IMG/VR virus record: IMGVR_UViG_3300029858_000359
DNA: 46,624 bases
Origin: a virus
Lineage: Duplodnaviria > Heunggongvirae > Uroviricota > Caudoviricetes
Strand: one strand, 5' to 3'
In this document: in pieces, positions 44,923 through 46,624 of the stretch
Position numbering within the stretch: position 1 is the stretch's first letter
How the letters are laid out: each line of letters begins with the position of its first letter
Program-made: the position numbers and the translations under genes
The notes under the pieces: model-generated
What the model was told of the DNA's origin: nothing
The model's database searches: none
The model's input: the letters and a program-made list of their open reading frames with translations, nothing else

Positions 44923-46624
44923 TGAACTGGATCACAAAATTAGCGCCATCTTTTATTAAATAGTTATCGCCTTCATCAGGTTCTGAATACCATATTTTAT
45001 GATGTGCAACAGCAAGGTTTTCTCGACATAGATACAGACCTACCCCATGTCCATTTGCTCTTTTGCTATAAAATAGTTCAAATAGTCACGGGATATCATC
45101 GGTATCAATTGCCGGACCAGAATTTGCTATGATAACCAAAGAATTCACAAAACCAATCTTTATGAGCCTATTATTTGACAGACTGACCCAATACATTGCA
45201 TTGTTGATAATATTAGTAAAAACAGGATAGATCCTTGATGGTATATCTGTTATTGCGATTTGCTTAAACTCTTCACTAAATTCAATAGTTATTCGTTGCC
45301 GTTCGAAACGCTCCCCAAAGAACTTCAGGACATAATCCATGATATTTTTTCCAGTTATTCTCTGCCTGGATTGATAACCTGATATTTTCAAAGGTGATAA
45401 GAAACGTATTTGTTGAGTAAGCGATCTGTGAGCATTTAACGCCAATGAAAAACCAGGGTGTTCTTTTACAGAAGTAGGAAGAGAGTTTAGTCCTCTGGTT
45501 ACCATAGAATCCATTTCTTCAAGTTCATGAGATATTATCTCAACACTAATACCTAACTGTGCAAGCGCGTTTAAACTTTTAGCTTTTTCTTCAAAATATG
45601 AGCGTTCTTCTTCAGATAATGAGAATGCTGAATCTAAGTTTATACCTTCAAATAATCTATCGAGACCTTTTATTATTGATTGATATTTGAAAGTTAGGGT
45701 ATCAACTGACTCAACATATAAACTATCGAGCAAATTAAACACATTTTCAATTTGTGAATCATTATCTATTGAATCAACAACTGATATAGTTTTAGCATAA
45801 TAATCACTTCGATCAACCTTTATTTCATCGGCCCATTTTTTTAAAAGAGAATGTATCTTCTCCTCTATCGTGTTATTAAACTTAGTTAGTTTAGAATTAA
45901 TAATACCTTGATTTTTTTCAAGGTGATTTTTCGCTGACAATGAAGGCTCAAGTTTATTTAATTCAGAATCAAGTTTATTAATTGCTAACTTCATTTGTAG
46001 AATATACGCAGAGAACTCATTAAATTTATCTCTGTAGTCTCTATATTTCTCTTCATACATTCCAAGTTTTGGAGGTTTGATAGGCGTTTTAATTTCACTG
46101 CGCAACGCATCTAAGTTTGTAAGATCACTGTCTATAATTTTAAGATAGTTTAAATCTAACGAACCATCAGTTTTATCAAGCTTAGTTTTCAGCCTTTTAA
46201 CAGCCTCCAAGGAAGCATCAAGAACTGGTGTCTGATTCTTCAAAGCTTCTGAAAAACTTTTTTGTGTTGATTTTCGAGCTTGTTGTTGAGCAGATTTTCT
46301 TAACTCTTTTTCACGCTTAACTTGTTCTAAAAGCTCTTTACGGTCATCAGAACGTGAACCAAAAAATCTATCAGCAAGTTCAGTTAACAAATTAGATATA
46401 ATAGTTTTCAGTTCTCTTGCAGCCTGGTTTCTTATGAATCCCTCTCTCCCCGACTTATCTTTCAGCTCTTTATTACTGGATTGAGTAATTCCAATATAAC
46501 CAAAAATCCTTCTATTAGACCAATAATATCGCCCTGCATTCCATGAACGTCTTTCTTCTATCTGGAAGAAATCATTATCTACTCGACCATAAGGTAATAC
46601 TCTCAAGCTATCCCTAAAAATCAT
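44906..46624 (-). pseudogene. Histidine-kinase-like gene interrupted by an in-frame TGA (45086-45088); N-terminus beyond the window
   Basis: H-box-like SHELEEMDSM, N-box NIINNAMYW, G1 IANSGPAI, then in-frame TGA, then same-frame LFELFYSKRANGHGVGLYLCRENLAVAHH (G2 box) ending at the TAA at 44906. Confidence 0.55.

Larger units (their letters stand above)
41235..46624. mobile_element. P4/CP4-57-type integrative island (left part only; continues beyond the window)
   Basis: Begins at the ssrA-derived repeat with a P4-type integrase 166 bp downstream; AT-rich cargo follows. Confidence 0.7.

Noticed and set aside
45086-45088. Selenocysteine recoding as explanation for the in-frame TGA in the kinase-like gene
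   Set aside because: No SECIS-like hairpin is evident immediately downstream and the context (ATPase domain of a mobile-element gene) makes a nonsense mutation or sequencing error far more likely.
1-46624. CRISPR arrays, tRNA genes, rRNA genes, IS elements or transposases, retron (reverse transcriptase plus msr/msd)
   Set aside because: Scanned by eye for short regularly spaced direct repeats, tRNA T-loop motifs (GTTCGAATC-type), transposase-like ORFs and reverse transcriptase motifs. Only the tmRNA and its att-site copy carry a tRNA-like arm; none of the other elements was found.

Overview
Enterobacterial (E. coli-like) chromosome at the smpB-ssrA locus, carrying two tandem mobile elements inserted at the 3' end of the tmRNA gene. 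(1) smpB (1-483) and ssrA tmRNA (698-1060). (2) A ~40 kb mosaic prophage (about 1061-41234) bounded by a 33-bp direct repeat of the ssrA 3' end (1028-1060 and 41202-41234, one mismatch). Its gene order is: AT-rich cargo, Pin/Gin-type invertase with an invertible tail-fibre segment, Mu-like contractile tail and baseplate, HK97-like head, terminase with HNH, lysis cassette, Q, RusA, adenine methylase, O-like initiator with iterons, cro/cI immunity region, xis-int, then an OLD-family ATPase/TOPRIM nuclease gene and a second Dam-family methylase just inside attR. (3) Immediately after attR, a P4/CP4-57-type integrase island whose first cargo is a histidine-kinase-like gene (interrupted by an in-frame TGA, N-terminus beyond the window) followed by a receiver-domain protein with a large unknown C-terminal domain. 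The best candidates for an undescribed system are the OLD-like nuclease plus methylase pair (38417-41129) and the kinase/receiver pair in the P4-type island (43156-46624); three AT-rich moron loci with unrecognisable proteins (1270-2994, 24060-25065, 11025-11555) are next. All protein family calls are from motif recognition by eye without database searches; coordinates were counted manually and may be off by a few nucleotides; base composition was judged by eye, not computed.
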